Shown in pieces: positions 30,444 through 43,094 of a stretch of 64,000 bases of DNA. A program made the translations under genes and the position numbers. The notes beneath the pieces are model-generated. The model worked only from the letters and a program-made list of their open reading frames with translations, did no database searches and had not been told where the DNA came from. Position 1 is the first letter of the stretch. Every line of letters begins with the position of its first letter. The stretch is from Eledone cirrhosa (Eukaryota): positions 347,386,001 to 347,450,000 of the forward strand of contig OZ024741.1 of assembly GCA_964016885.1 (NCBI GenBank), given 5' to 3'.

Positions 30444-30603
30444 ATGCAGAAAAATATTGGACAACGCTACGTGATCAAATTTAATATGAAACTCAACAAA
30501 TCTACCACCGAAATATTTAGTAATTTAACCTAACATTATGAAGATGCCATTTATTCGAGAAATAAAGTTTTTAAGTGGCATAACGCCTTCAAAGAAGGAC
30601 AAA
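30444..30603 (+). pseudogene. Mariner transposase N-terminal HTH fragment
   Basis: Own translation: MQKNIGQRYVIKFNMKLNKSTTEIFSNLT*HYEDAIYSRNKVFKWHNAFKEG, matching the mariner QR..IKF...A.E....S...V..W...FK.G pattern. Confidence 0.8.
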
Positions 30604-30730
30604 ATCCGTGACGGGGTGAGGAGAGACTGGCATGCACGGGGGACCTGCTGTTGTTCCACAAACAACCCTGCCCAGACTAGTGCCTCAGAGCGCAAATTCC
30701 ATGGTCATTCGGGACCGAAGGGGTTCCTTA
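30604..30730 (+). mobile_element. 3' tail of SINE family 2 or of its partner LINE
   Basis: ttccacaaacaaccctgcccagactagtgcctc...gaccgaaggggt is homologous to the minus strand of 21890-22010. Confidence 0.55.
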
Positions 30731-30971
30731 GCCATCATATACCTTTATATACCCTCTATATACCGATTTTCTGTGAAACGGAAGTAATCTACGTATTCAT
30801 ATACAATATATATATTATGTTTTCCTCTACCCTGAGTAATGAAGCTATATATGTGAGTTATGGTATATTTGTGCTAAGGATTAAACAACATAGTTACACA
30901 TACGTTTGGTATTACGAACGCGTGCTGAACACATAAGCCGAATCCTCCTGGCACAACGGTCGGGATTTTAC

Positions 30972-31022
<51 letters not shown>

Positions 31023-31034
31023 TCTCTCTATATA

Positions 31035-31096
<62 letters not shown>

Positions 31097-31444
31097 TGTG
31101 TGTCCAGAGAATGCAACGTGATGTTACTGTAAGTTCACCCAGGTGAGCCCTCGATGGTTAGATTCACAATTGTAGCGAGGTGTAGAGCTAAGCAGAGTGT
31201 AAATGTAATAATACAAGGACGGTTTGTTCAGCATTCATTCTGTTTATTGATTGGTGACGTGCCTTTCGCTGTGGTCAGCTCTTCCCCCACCTATCACATA
31301 TGCCAAAACATTCATCATAGCTAAACCACCAATAAACACAAAATAAACTGACCACCAAATGAGAGCGAAACGTTACAGACATTTCTATGCTTCATATGTT
31401 CATTTTGTCATTACATCAACAGAGGTCCAACGAGCATTTGATTC

Positions 31445-31512
31445 CAGAATCGTGCCAGATCGATACAGACCGAACCTTGATTTGATCAGTAGCGAAACGC
31501 GCGTCACCATTC
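31445..31512 (+). ncRNA. Degenerate hammerhead with palindromic stem III; inverted partial copy at 31241-31272
   Basis: gaatcgt..(core mutated: ccagatcga) tacagaccgaa/tttgatcagta GC GAAAC GCGC GTC accattc AATAAA. Confidence 0.55.
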
Positions 31513-31572
31513 AATAAACATAATGAAGGATTAGCAAATCCTCCCTGTATTATTATTATTATTATTATTATT

Positions 31573-34500
31573 CTTTGAGTCTCAGTCATTGATGTTAGTT
31601 AACTGGAAAGTTTGTTGAAATGAATATCAAGCCGCTACCTGCAACCTCAGGCATTCAGGACGTATCGGAGCATGCCTTTTGAAGTGTTCCAAAAAGCCGG
31701 GCGGGGCCAATTTTCTTTAACCATCCCTGGAAACTTTTTGAGCTAGTACCTAGTGCGCCTATGACAATCGGGACCACTTTGACTTCATGGCAGTTCCAAA
31801 TCCTTTTTACCTCCCACTTTAAATCCTGGTATCGGTTAATTTTCTCCCTCTCCTTCTCTTGCACTCTCGTGTCGAGTGGGCAGGCCACATCCACGATCAG
31901 TCACGATGTTTTTTCGTTGTCCCAAACCACCAGGTCAGGTCTATTGTGTTCCAGTTTCTTGTTTGTCTGTATCCTAAAATCCCATAGCACCTTCACCTGA
32001 TCGTTTTCTATCACCGACTCTAGCTTATGCTCATACCACTTCTAAGAATGTGGTAAATTGTTTACTTTGCATAGGTGCCAGTGGTTCACCCTGCCCATCA
32101 AATCATGTCTCCAGCCTATATAGTGAGTCTGGGCTAGGTGTTAACACTCGGATACAATGCGAGCCACAGTCTCCTCTCTCTCTCCACAGATGCTGCACAG
32201 TGGGCTAGCCTCTTCCATGTAAATATGGTGTTTCAGCCACTTCGTTTTGAGGGCCTGCTCTTGCGCAGCCATTAGCATTCCTTCTGTAGCCTTTTTAAGG
32301 TCTGCTCTTCTCAACCAGTTCCTTGTATGTGGATCTCTGAATTCCGTTTTCTCAAAGAAGGTACTATGAAGGGATTTTTCATGAAGGCTGCTCTTTCTCC
32401 TCGTTGTTATTTCCTCCTTGGACATCCCCTGGTTTATTGTCCTCTCCATCAGTACAATTCTGAACATTTGGTCCTTACTATCGTTCACGTATTTGTGTAG
32501 GTTGTTTTTCTCCATCTGAACACAGTCCTCTATGCTGATAAGACCTCTTCCACCTTCAGATCTCCTTAAGTAGAGTCTATCGACATCACTCCTCTTGTAG
32601 AACATGTTGTAGATAGTCAATAGCTTCCTAGTCTTCCTATCCATTTCTTTTTGTTCAGCAACATTCCATCTCAGAATTCCCGCACTGTACCTAATAATAT
32701 ACACAGCTCGGGAATTTACTGCACTTATGGCATTCCTACTGTTCATATGTGACTTTAATACGCTCCTTACTCTCCGAATGTATTCAGATCTTACCAATTC
32801 CTTCATTTTTTTGTTCTTGATGTCATCAGCCTCCGGAATACCCAAATACTCCAAATAATCCAAATACTTGTATCCTTCTTCAGTGTCAATTTCCTTTAAA
32901 AGCTCACCTGTTGGTACCTGGATTCCGTTGCTTCTGCTCCATTTAGCCCTCTTCATCACAAGGACTCCACACTTACTAATACCAAATTGCATACATATAT
33001 CATTGCTGAAAATACGGACAATGTCAACAAGCACATCCAACTCCTTCTCACTCTTCACGAAGAGCTTAAGATCGTCCATGAAGAGGAGGTGATTGATGGA
33101 AAGCTCTCCCTTTCTCAACTTGTATCCTGCTCTCACTTTTCGCAATATAACGGTCAGGGGTATCAGGGCAAGGACAAACAGCAGAGCAGACAAACTACCT
33201 CCCTGGAAGATACCTCTCTTGATATTCACGCCTCCCAAGGATTCTCCACTTGATGCTAACTCTGTTTCCCAGGACTTCATACTTTTGCTCAACAACTGTC
33301 TGGTGTTATCTGCCACCTTGAAGATCTCTAGGCTTTTGGTTATCCAAGAATGCCTTTTTGTAGTCTATCCATCCCATGGCAAGACCAGTGTGTCTCCTCT
33401 TGCAATTCCTCATTACCATCCTATCAATAAGTAACTGGTCTTTTGTACCACGGGACTTCTTTCGGCATCCTTTCTGTTCGTCCAGTAACAAGTTGTTTGT
33501 GTGGAAGTGATGGTAGATTTCCTCAGACATAATGCCTGTCAACAGTTTCCCCATTACGGACAGACATGTGATAGGTCTATAGTTGGTAACATCATTACCC
33601 TTGATTCGGTCTTTCATTACCAGAATTGTGTTACCTTTTGTCAACCACCCTGGTACCTCAACTGACATCAAGCAGTCATTGAACATTCTTGTCAGTCTCG
33701 GGTGGAGGGATGTTACATTTTTATTTCAATACGCCTGCACACCATCTGGGCCCGGTGATTTCCAGTTGGTTAGTTTTTTGGCTTGCCCCTTAAGAGTTTC
33801 AACTGTGATACTCAAATCAGTTTGTTGGTGTGCCTGTTCACTAATCTCCCTTTGTACTGTCTCAATCCACACTGCCTGGTCATTATTTTTACCATCCTGC
33901 TCCCATATTCCTCTCCAGAATGCCTTAATTTGTTCCGCCTCAGGGATCAAGTCATTGCCTCTGTCTTTCCCTTCAAGCTGTCCAAACAACATCTTCTGCT
34001 TGTTGTCAAACAAGCGGTTCTGTCTATACTGACTGACTCTTCTCTCGTATCGCCTAATTTTTGCACTCTTTGCTACAATGCCTTGCTTCAGTTCATCTAT
34101 GATAATATTTAGCTTTTACCTCCTAGTTTTGTACTTAATTTCCAGTCTATTTTTAGTGTCTATGTTTTTTAGTGTCCCATTCAGTAGGGACTCAAGCTTT
34201 CCAATGTCATTTCTCATTTCCCTGATTTGACCATTCATTCGTTTCTTCCACCAAGGTTCTGATCTTTCTTGTTTGTTGTTTACTCTCGCTTTTATACCAA
34301 GTAATTTCCTCACCGCATTTGCTGTTACTTTGAGGATATTGTTGCACTGGTGAAGGCTCCTCGTCTCAAGGTATGGGATGATTTGTTTACCTTAGCTGTT
34401 GTTTCTTTTAACTTTTTCCTGTCTACAAATCTTAGGTTCATTGTTCATTTCATCTACCACTAAGTTTAGGATATCAACCAAATCTTGTCCTAGCCCGGCA

Positions 34501-35835
34501 GCATTCATCTCCTCAATAGCCGTATCTTTGTTCCAGGTATTATTTATTTCAGCATTCAGATGGTTCGGATGGTTCTTCTGTTCTCTCAACCACTTCACCT
34601 TCATTTCCCACTGGCTCGTTTGCCTGGCATACTCCACCCTCCATTTCTAACCTAATCTCTCTGCTCAGTTCCTCAAGTTCCAGCTCGCTTATTCACACAG
34701 TAGTTCTTATTACCCTAGCCTGCCCGGCCAATTTTTGTTCATCTAATTTAAATAGACCAATCTCGTTCCAGATGTTATGCATCCGTTTCCTATAGCCTTT
34801 TTCGTTGGGGTTACTCTTCAGGTAACATTGCATAACAGTTCTATTCAATTCTTTCGTCCAGTTGGTTCTAGTCCCTTTCCTTCTTCTTCCTCCGACACCA
34901 GCAGTATTTGGTTGACAGCCACGTCCCTGCTGCTGAGCCAGGGAGCACCTGCTGAGTGAGAGTCTGTCACATGACATTGCAGTCTCCACTTCACCGTTAT
35001 TCGAACTGTTTAGATTCGACATTGAAACACTCTTATCGATGATCGGTGAATGTATGGTTACATAACCACCGGTGATTTGATCACCCTCGGTGATTTTAGC
35101 GTGGCACTATCACACTGTAGACGAACATAAATATACAAACAAACATATAGGTAAAAAAAAACAAAAATAAGCATACATTTCATTGTAATGTAATGTTTGT
35201 ATGTCTGACTTAGTTATTTTGCTTGTCTGTCTGTATGTTTGTTTTTCTTTTCTTTTTCCTTTTCTTTTCGTTTTTCGTTGCTGCTGTGCTGTTTTGATTT
35301 TGCTTTTTGATTTTTTGATTTTTGACCGGGTCATCAAATAAGTCTACTTATATCTTTTGATGCCATCCTAATTTATTGGGAATACTACGACGCCTGTCTT
35401 AGCAGGAGGTAGTGGGAGGGAATAGCGGTGGTAGCGATAATGAGGCAGTGGTGGTGGTGATGTGATCGTAGTACTGTAGTGATGGTGTTGAAGTTGAAGT
35501 AGAAATAGAAGTTGAGGTAACTTGACTAGAGTTTTTGGCGTGTTAGTGGCGATGGTGGCGGTGGTGGTTTTGGTGGTGAAATTATTTGCCTGTCTGTCCA
35601 CTTAGCCATTTTTCTCTTTTTCGACTATAACATTTCTGATCCAAAATTAAATATTAAGATTTGGGGCCATATGCCGTAATGTGATACGTTGTGGCTTGCT
35701 GAGGGTCAAAACTGTAATCTTATATTTCATTTGTAATAAGAATTATTCTATCACATTTATTTTAAATAAGTAAAAATCAAAAACTTACGGGAGCGATTCC
35801 ATAACGATATATAGCCACCATGTGCGTTTTCTTCC
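31573..35835 (-). mobile_element. Full-length but decayed Dong family A copy 4
   Basis: Colinear with 10461-14960 including the 5' UTR; ATG at 35022; many stops and indels; TAA tracts at both ends. Confidence 0.93.
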
Positions 35836-35861
35836 CTTTATTATTATTATTATTATTATTA

Positions 35862-38632
35862 CAGTTGCATTTATCTTGCTTTATGTTCATACGAGTTATC
35901 ACCAAGTCACAACCAGTGACCTCAAGAGACAACAAGGTCCGCCATGTTCAAGAAAGAACATACATACTCACACATGCATCTTTAGTGTTTAGACTTGTGA
36001 TGTACTTATATTGACAGAATCTTCCTTAGTATATGGGCAGTTCCCATTAGTACTATCTTTTGTATTTCTCCTATACGCAGGTTTCCTGGGATTTGCGATA
36101 AGTAATCATTAGACCCCATAGGTATCATTCCCAGAGCACCTACAACCACTGGTATTGTTTTAGTTCTCAATTTCCATATTTTTCCAATTTCTATCTCCAG
36201 GTCCTTATACTTGCTCAATTTTTCAAATGTTTTTATAGATACATTCTTGTATATTGGAACAGACATATCAATTAGCAGGCATACCCTCTTTTTGAAGTCC
36301 TTCAATATTATATCAGGTCTATTTGCATCTATTTTTCGGTCTGTTTGGATGCTAAATATCCACAAGATTGAGATGTGATCTTTTTCAAGTATGGGAGGTG
36401 GTTGATGCTCCCACCAATTCTTTTGATGGGGCAGGTCAAAATGCTTACACATTATCCAATGTATGTATTGTGCAGCTCTGTCATGCCTGTTTAGGTATTC
36501 GGTTGGAGCTATAGGACTGCACATTGAAATTATATGGTCAATGGTCTCTAGTTGTTTTTTGCATACACGGCATAATGGGCTGCACCCATTTTTTCTTATG
36601 TTGGCTTTGTAATTCTTTGTTGGCAGACACTGATCTTGTGCCGATATAATCAGTCCTTCAGTCTCCGATTTCAGTCCAGAGGATGCCAACCACTGATGGG
36701 TTAAAGTTTTGTCAACATCAGGATTGTTAGCTCGCTCTGGGTATTTTCCATACAGAGGCTTTTCTTGCCATTTCTTAGCCAGTTTCTGTAGCAGTTCTTT
36801 CTTTGCAGTTACTTTTACCTGCTTTGCTTTTTTTGTGTTTTCCATTTCAGCAGTAAATGGGACTTCTGAAATTTGTAGTCCATTACTGTATCTTTGTGCA
36901 TCTTTTGTAATGGAATATGATCTTTTGATATTTTCCTGTTTCAAAACGAATTTGATCATCCAATCATGTGATTCCCTTAGATATGTAGATAACCAATTGT
37001 TGCAGTTTTCAACGCAATGTCTAACTGAATTAACTCACGTCCTCCTTCTTTCCTAGGGAGATATATTCTATCTATATCTGCCTTAGGGTGATGCATTCTG
37101 TGCATGGTTAAGTGTTTTCGAATTTTTGTATCGAGCCTACGGATCTCCGTGCTTGACCAGTTGATGACATTGTAACTGTAGGTTACTACTAGTATGGCAA
37201 GTGTGTTTATGGCATCGATCCTATTCATTGCATTCAATTCCGTTCTTAAGATGCTCTTACTCTGCGGTAACATTCCTTCCTTATCCTTTCCCTCATTGTC
37301 GAGTGCTTGATTCCGTCTCCTTCACAAACACCTAGATATTTGTAAGTTTTTTCTTGATCAAGTTCTCTTATCACGTTCCCCTGATCAAGATTAATATCTG
37401 AACTCTTCAGCAGCTTTCCTCTGGTGAACGTTGCTTTGGCGCATTTGTCTAGTCCAAACTCAATTTTAATGTCATCACTGAACTGCTCCACAGTGTATAA
37501 TATCCCTTGCAATTGTTCATCATTTTTTGCAAATAGTTTCAGGTCATCCATGTAGAACAAGTCATTAATGGTTTTGTCATAGACTATATATCCATGTTTT
37601 GTTTCATTGAGCATTTTACTTAATGGTATAAGTGCGATGCAGAATAAAAGCGGTGATAAAGAGTCACCCTGAAAAATTCCACAATTGATATTAACTTCTC
37701 CAGCTTCCAGTGATTTTGTTTCACTATTCAAAAGGAGTGTCGTTTTCCATGTCTTCATACTGAATGACAAAAACCTCCTGACAACGGGGGATATTTTGAA
37801 AATCTCTAAACATTTTTTAATCCAACTGTGTGGCAAACTATCGAATGCTTTTTTATAATCTATCCAAGCAATCGATAGATTTTTGTGTCTATTATGACAA
37901 TCTTCCAGTATCATTTTGTTAACCAGAAGCTGATCCTTACAGCCATATGAGCCTCGTTTACACCCTTTCTGCTCAATGGGAAATAGGTCATTTGTTATCA
38001 GGTGGTCATATGTGTATTCAGTTAGGACTGATGTTAAAATTTTATACATTGTGGTCAAGCAAGTTATCGGTCTGTAATTTTTGGGATTATTTGTCTCATC
38101 ATTCTTCGGAAGCAGGAATGTAATGCCGTTAACTAGCCATGATGGTATCTTTTCTGGCTCCTTAACTATGTCATTGTAAAGTTGGGCTAACAGCTCACGA
38201 GACTCTGTGAAGGCATTTATCCAAAAATGTTGCATTTTGTCTTTTCCTGGGGATTTCCATTTGCAGGTTTTTCTTAGAGTCAAGCGCAACTGTTCAACTG
38301 TTATATTTTCCCATATTTGTTCCTCAAGGTGAGCTGTATCTTTCATTTGTCTGTCTATCCATGGGGCATGTATGTTATGAACTTTTTCTTCGGCCCAGAT
38401 CTTTTCCCAGAATTCTTGCACTTCCTCCTTGGGTGGTATTGATTTAGCAGTTATTGTTGACTTACCAATTTTTCTGTAGAAGTTTCTTTGGTTGTTTTTG
38501 AACATATTATTGTCCTTATAGAATCTAGATCGTTTTTCAAAGCGCCTTATACGAGCAGCTTTGGCCGACACTTTTTGCTTGATTATTTCTATCAGCATGT
38601 CTATGTCACATGTTGATTTTATTCTGTACTTT
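35862..38632 (-). mobile_element. R4/Dong-type family B, 5'-truncated
   Basis: [62 protein letters not shown]; its own 3' UTR and TAA tail. Confidence 0.93.
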
Positions 38633-38648
38633 ATTATTATTATTATTA

Positions 38649-38952
38649 CAGTTGCATTTATCTTGCTTTATGTTCATACGAGTCATCACCAAGTCACAAC
38701 CAGTGACCTCAAGAGACAAAAAGGTCCGCCATGTTCAAGAAAGAACATACATTCTCACACATGCATCTTTAGTGTTTAGACTTCTGATGTACTTATATTG
38801 ACAGAATCTTTCTTAGTATATGGGCAGTTCCCATTAGTACTATCTTTTGTATTTCTCCTATACGCGGGTATCCTGGGATTTGCGATAAGTAATCATTAGA
38901 CCTCTTAGGTATCATTCCCAGAGCGCCTACAACCACTGGTATTGTTTTAGTT
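38649..38952 (-). mobile_element. Short 3' fragment of Dong family B
   Basis: Matches 35862-36165. Confidence 0.92.
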
Positions 38953-38964
38953 TATTATTATAAG

Positions 38965-39149
38965 GGCGGTGGATTGGCAGTATCGGTAGAGGGTCGGACG
39001 CCATACTTTCCAGCATAGTTACGTCCCTTTACGATCTGAGATCAAATCCCGCCGAGGTTGACTTTGCCTTTCATCCTTACGGGGTCGATAAAATAAAGTA
39101 CCAGTAATGCACTGGGTAATTGCTGGCCTTGTGCCTAAAGTAGAAACAA
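38965..39149 (+). mobile_element. tRNA-derived SINE family 1, full length, in a TTA tract
   Basis: ggcggtggattggcagtatcggtagag head, B box, core; followed by (TTA)n. Confidence 0.92.
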
Positions 39150-39150
39150 C

Positions 39151-39207
<57 letters not shown>

Positions 39208-39208
<1 letters not shown>

Positions 39209-40298
39209 TGCATTTATCTTGCTTTATGTTTATACGAGTTATCACCAAGTCACAACCAGTGACCTCAAGAGACAACAAGGTCCGCCATGTTCAAGAAAGA
39301 ACACACATATTCACACATGCATCCTTAGTGTTTAGACTTGTGATGTACTTATATTGACAGGATCTTCCTTAGTATATGGGCAGTTCCCATTAGTACTATC
39401 TTTTGTATTTCTCCTATACGCGGGTTTCCTGGGATTTGCGATAAGTAGTCGTTAGACCCCTTAGGTATCATTCCCAGAGGGCCTACAACCACTGGTATTG
39501 TTTTAGTTCTCAATTTCCACATTTTTCCAATTTCTATCTCCAGGTCCTTATACTTGCTCAATTTTTCAAATGTTTTTATAGATACATTCTTGTCTATTGG
39601 AACAGACATATCAATTAGCAGGCATACCCTCCTTTGAAAGTCCTTCAATATTATATCAGGTCTATTTGCATCTATATTTCGGTCTGTTTGGATGCTAAAG
39701 TTCCACAAGATTGAGATGTGATCTTTTTCAAGTATGGGAGGTGGTTGATGCTCCCACCAATTCTTTTGATGGGGCAGGTCAAAATGCTTACACATTATCC
39801 AATGTATGTATTGTGCAGCTCTGTCATGCCTGTTTAGGTATTCGGTTGGAGCTATAGGACTGCACATTGAAATTATATGGTCAATGGTCTCTGGTTGTTT
39901 TTTGCATACACGGCATAATGGGCTGCACCCATTCTTTATTATGTTGGCTTGGTAATTTTTTGTTGGCAGACACTGATCTTGTGCGGATATAATCAGTCCT
40001 TCAGTCTCCGATTTCAGTCCAGAGGATGCCAACCACTGATGGGTTAAAGTTTTGTCAACATCAGGATTGTTAGCTCGCTCTGGGTATTTTCCATACAGAG
40101 GCTTTTCTTGCCATTTCTTAGCCAGTTTCTGTAGCAGTTCTTTCTTTGCAGTTACTTTTACCTGCTTTGCTTTTTCTGTGTTTTCCATTTCAGCAGTAAA
40201 TGGGACTTCTGAAATTTGTAGTCCATTACTGTATCTTTGTGCATCTTTTGTAATAGAATATGATCTTTTGGTGCTTTCGTGTTTCAAAACGAGTTTGA

Positions 40299-40301
<3 letters not shown>
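39208..40301 (-). mobile_element. Dong family B 3' fragment with an open CCHC + RLE endonuclease frame
   Basis: Matches 35866-36959; ORF 39349-40301. Confidence 0.93.
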
Positions 40302-40342
<41 letters not shown>

Positions 40343-40352
40343 GTTATTGTTA

Positions 40353-40582
40353 TTCCTTGAATCTCAGTCATTGATGTTGGTTAACTGGAAAGTCCGTTGG
40401 ATTGAATATCAAGCCACTACCTGCAGCCTCAGATATTCAGGACGTATCGGAGGGTTCTTGCCGTTCCAAGCAAGCATGCCTTTTGAAGCGTTCCAAAAAG
40501 CGTGAAGGGGCCGATTTTCTTTAACCATCCCTGGAAACCTTTGGAGATAGTCCCCAGTGCGCCTATGACAATCGGGATCACT
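40353..40582 (-). mobile_element. Short 3' fragment of Dong family A
   Basis: Reverse complement of ~14732-14960. Confidence 0.92.
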
Positions 40583-40612
40583 TAAATTCACAATAAATAA
40601 TACCTGGAACAG

Positions 40613-40665
<53 letters not shown>

Positions 40666-40873
40666 GGCGACCTACGTAGTACATCGTATCATCTTGAGCT
40701 CCGCAAAGGTTTGTTATTTCCGTTTGTTAAAAATTTCCATTTATGGAAAATGTTATTGTTAACTGTTTATAAGCACACATACATTGTTTTCCGAAAAGGA
40801 CACCAAAAAAGATTGGGGCCTTGTGCCCAAAATTTTAACTTTTATTATTATCCAAAAATTTCTTTGAAAAAAA

Positions 40874-43060
40874 ATGGCTAATTCCCCTCTGCACGAAGCA
40901 GCTGAAAGCCTTCCTCACAAAATAACACCTCACACCGACACCACCATTGTAAATGTTACTACGTTTGCCAACACAAAAAAAAATATAAGCAGTAGCAATA
41001 TTTTAAATTTGTCTCAGGCAGACATTCATTTCCCGCCATTACCAATGACTGCAGGTGTTAAAGCCTCCACCACCACCACCACCGCGACAACCACCACCCC
41101 CACCACCACCGCGACAACAGAAACAAAAGAAGAAAAAAATAAATTAACTCGTGATGTCGAAATGAAATCAAGCAAAATGGACTCTTCCGCACCAAAGACG
41201 ACTGACGTCACCACCACCAAAACTGAAAATAAAATTAATATTAACGATAGCAACAACAACAACAATGACATTATAAAACCGACCCTCAGTTTCGCCATCG
41301 TAGCAAAACAATTCGAAGCGTTCACGGTAACTCAAGAAGATTTAGAAAATGCCAAACAAATGGTAAAGAAAGATGGGTACAGGGTCAGCCTCACCCCCCC
41401 ACCTAATAAAATGGAGCATCGGCGCCTGTGCACCGTGTCGTATAGAACAATAAATGTAAAATCGCGCCGAGTGGAACGGGCATCCGAGTCCCAAATCCAA
41501 AAAGCTTTGGGACATGTGTGGGCAAGAAAAACCCACATCAGACGTGGGCAAAAGTATGGAACCGTGGATGTGTTCTTTGAAACACCAGAGGAGGCTAGAG
41601 AACACTCCATGGCCCCATTAAAAAGTGACGACCTCACACTCGTCCCAAGCTATTGTGGCCAGAGACTCGTAAAGATCAGGGTGACCCACGTTCCACCGGC
41701 GATCGAAATTCCCTGTCTAATAGCGGCTGTCCTCACCGGCATCGAAGCCAACACGAAAATAATAGCAGTAGCAAAAGAAAAGCAGGAAAACTGGTCCGGA
41801 TCTGGGATGGAGCTCCTGATCCAAGCGGACCAAAAAAGCATTGAGGAGATCCCAGAGGTAATAGACCTCACTGACGGCAGCCACCTCACGGTAATTGTCG
41901 AGGGCAGAAGACCTAGTTGTGTCGTTTGTGGTGAAGGAACCCACCTAAGGGCTTTCTGCCCTCAGGCTAAAAGGCTGAGGCCACCTCTCCTACCCACCCC
42001 AGTGACACAACCATCAACACCACCAGTAGCAGAGATGGCAGCAACAACTGTAGCAGCAACAACAGAAGCAACTATAACAGCAACAACCCCAGCAACAGTA
42101 GCAAAACCAACACCACTACCACCACCAGCAAAACCAACACCACCACCACCCAACGCTTCAGAACTAGCACCAGCGCCTACACCATCCACCAGACCACAAC
42201 CAAAACTAACGGCTGTGGAGGATTTTCCACTCCCCGGCCTATCACAACTGGAGACAGATTGTGACGACGAGGAGTGGGAAACGATATCCGGAAAAAAAAA
42301 GAAACCAAAGAAGAAAAAATTATCTTCCTTCCCCCTCCAAAAACAAAATACAGAGGGAAACAAATAAACTAAGAAACAAAAAAGTTAGGACAGATATGCC
42401 ACCATCCACACCAGCATCACCAACCCCATCAACCCAAACACCAACACCATCACCATCATTATCCCCAGCACCACCATCACCTACACCACAAAAGTCACCA
42501 AAATTCGAAACAGAAACAAACCCACAACAAACGCAAACAAAACAAAACAACCAAAACGATACACACTACACAGCATTAAATTTGAACAACAAGGGCGGTG
42601 GATTGGTAGTATCGGTAGAGGGTCGGACGCCATGCTTTCTAGCATAGTTACGTCCCTTTACGATCTGAGTTCAAATCCCGCCGAGGTTGACTTTGCCTTT
42701 CATCCTTACGGGGTCGATAAAATAAAGTACCAGTGAGGCACTGGGTAGTTGCTGGCCTTGTGCCTAAAGTAGAAACAATTAAATTTGAACAACAAGCAAT
42801 TATTACACTACATCCAACACAACACCAGCATCACAGAAAAAGACTACACAACAACCCCAAAATTCACACCACCTCCACACATACAAATCACTCGCATCAC
42901 ACAGAAAACGTACATGACACTAAAACAAAAATTCCCCAAAGACATCGGAGACTTCCGACAAGCACTCTCCAGGAGGATTTATAAGGACATCCTTCCTGAG
43001 GAGGCCACAAGCAGTGAAAAGGATGGAAAAGCCGTCCTTCCCCTACGAGAAGTAAGGTAA
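40874..43060 (+). CDS. Tx1 ORF1 (gag-like, CCHC knuckle), interrupted by a +1 frameshift in an A9 run (42292-42300) and a SINE
   Basis: CVVCGEGTHLRAFC (CX2CX4HX4C); Pro/Thr-rich tail; frame 42261 rejoins frame 42785 when the SINE and one TSD are removed. Confidence 0.8.
42594..42777 (+). mobile_element. SINE family 1 inserted in Tx1 ORF1 with a 19-bp TSD
   Basis: attaaatttgaacaacaag at 42575-42593 and 42778-42796. Confidence 0.95.
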
Positions 43061-43094
43061 GTGGTCTTTCCCATCTTTTCCACTCCTTTTCAAC

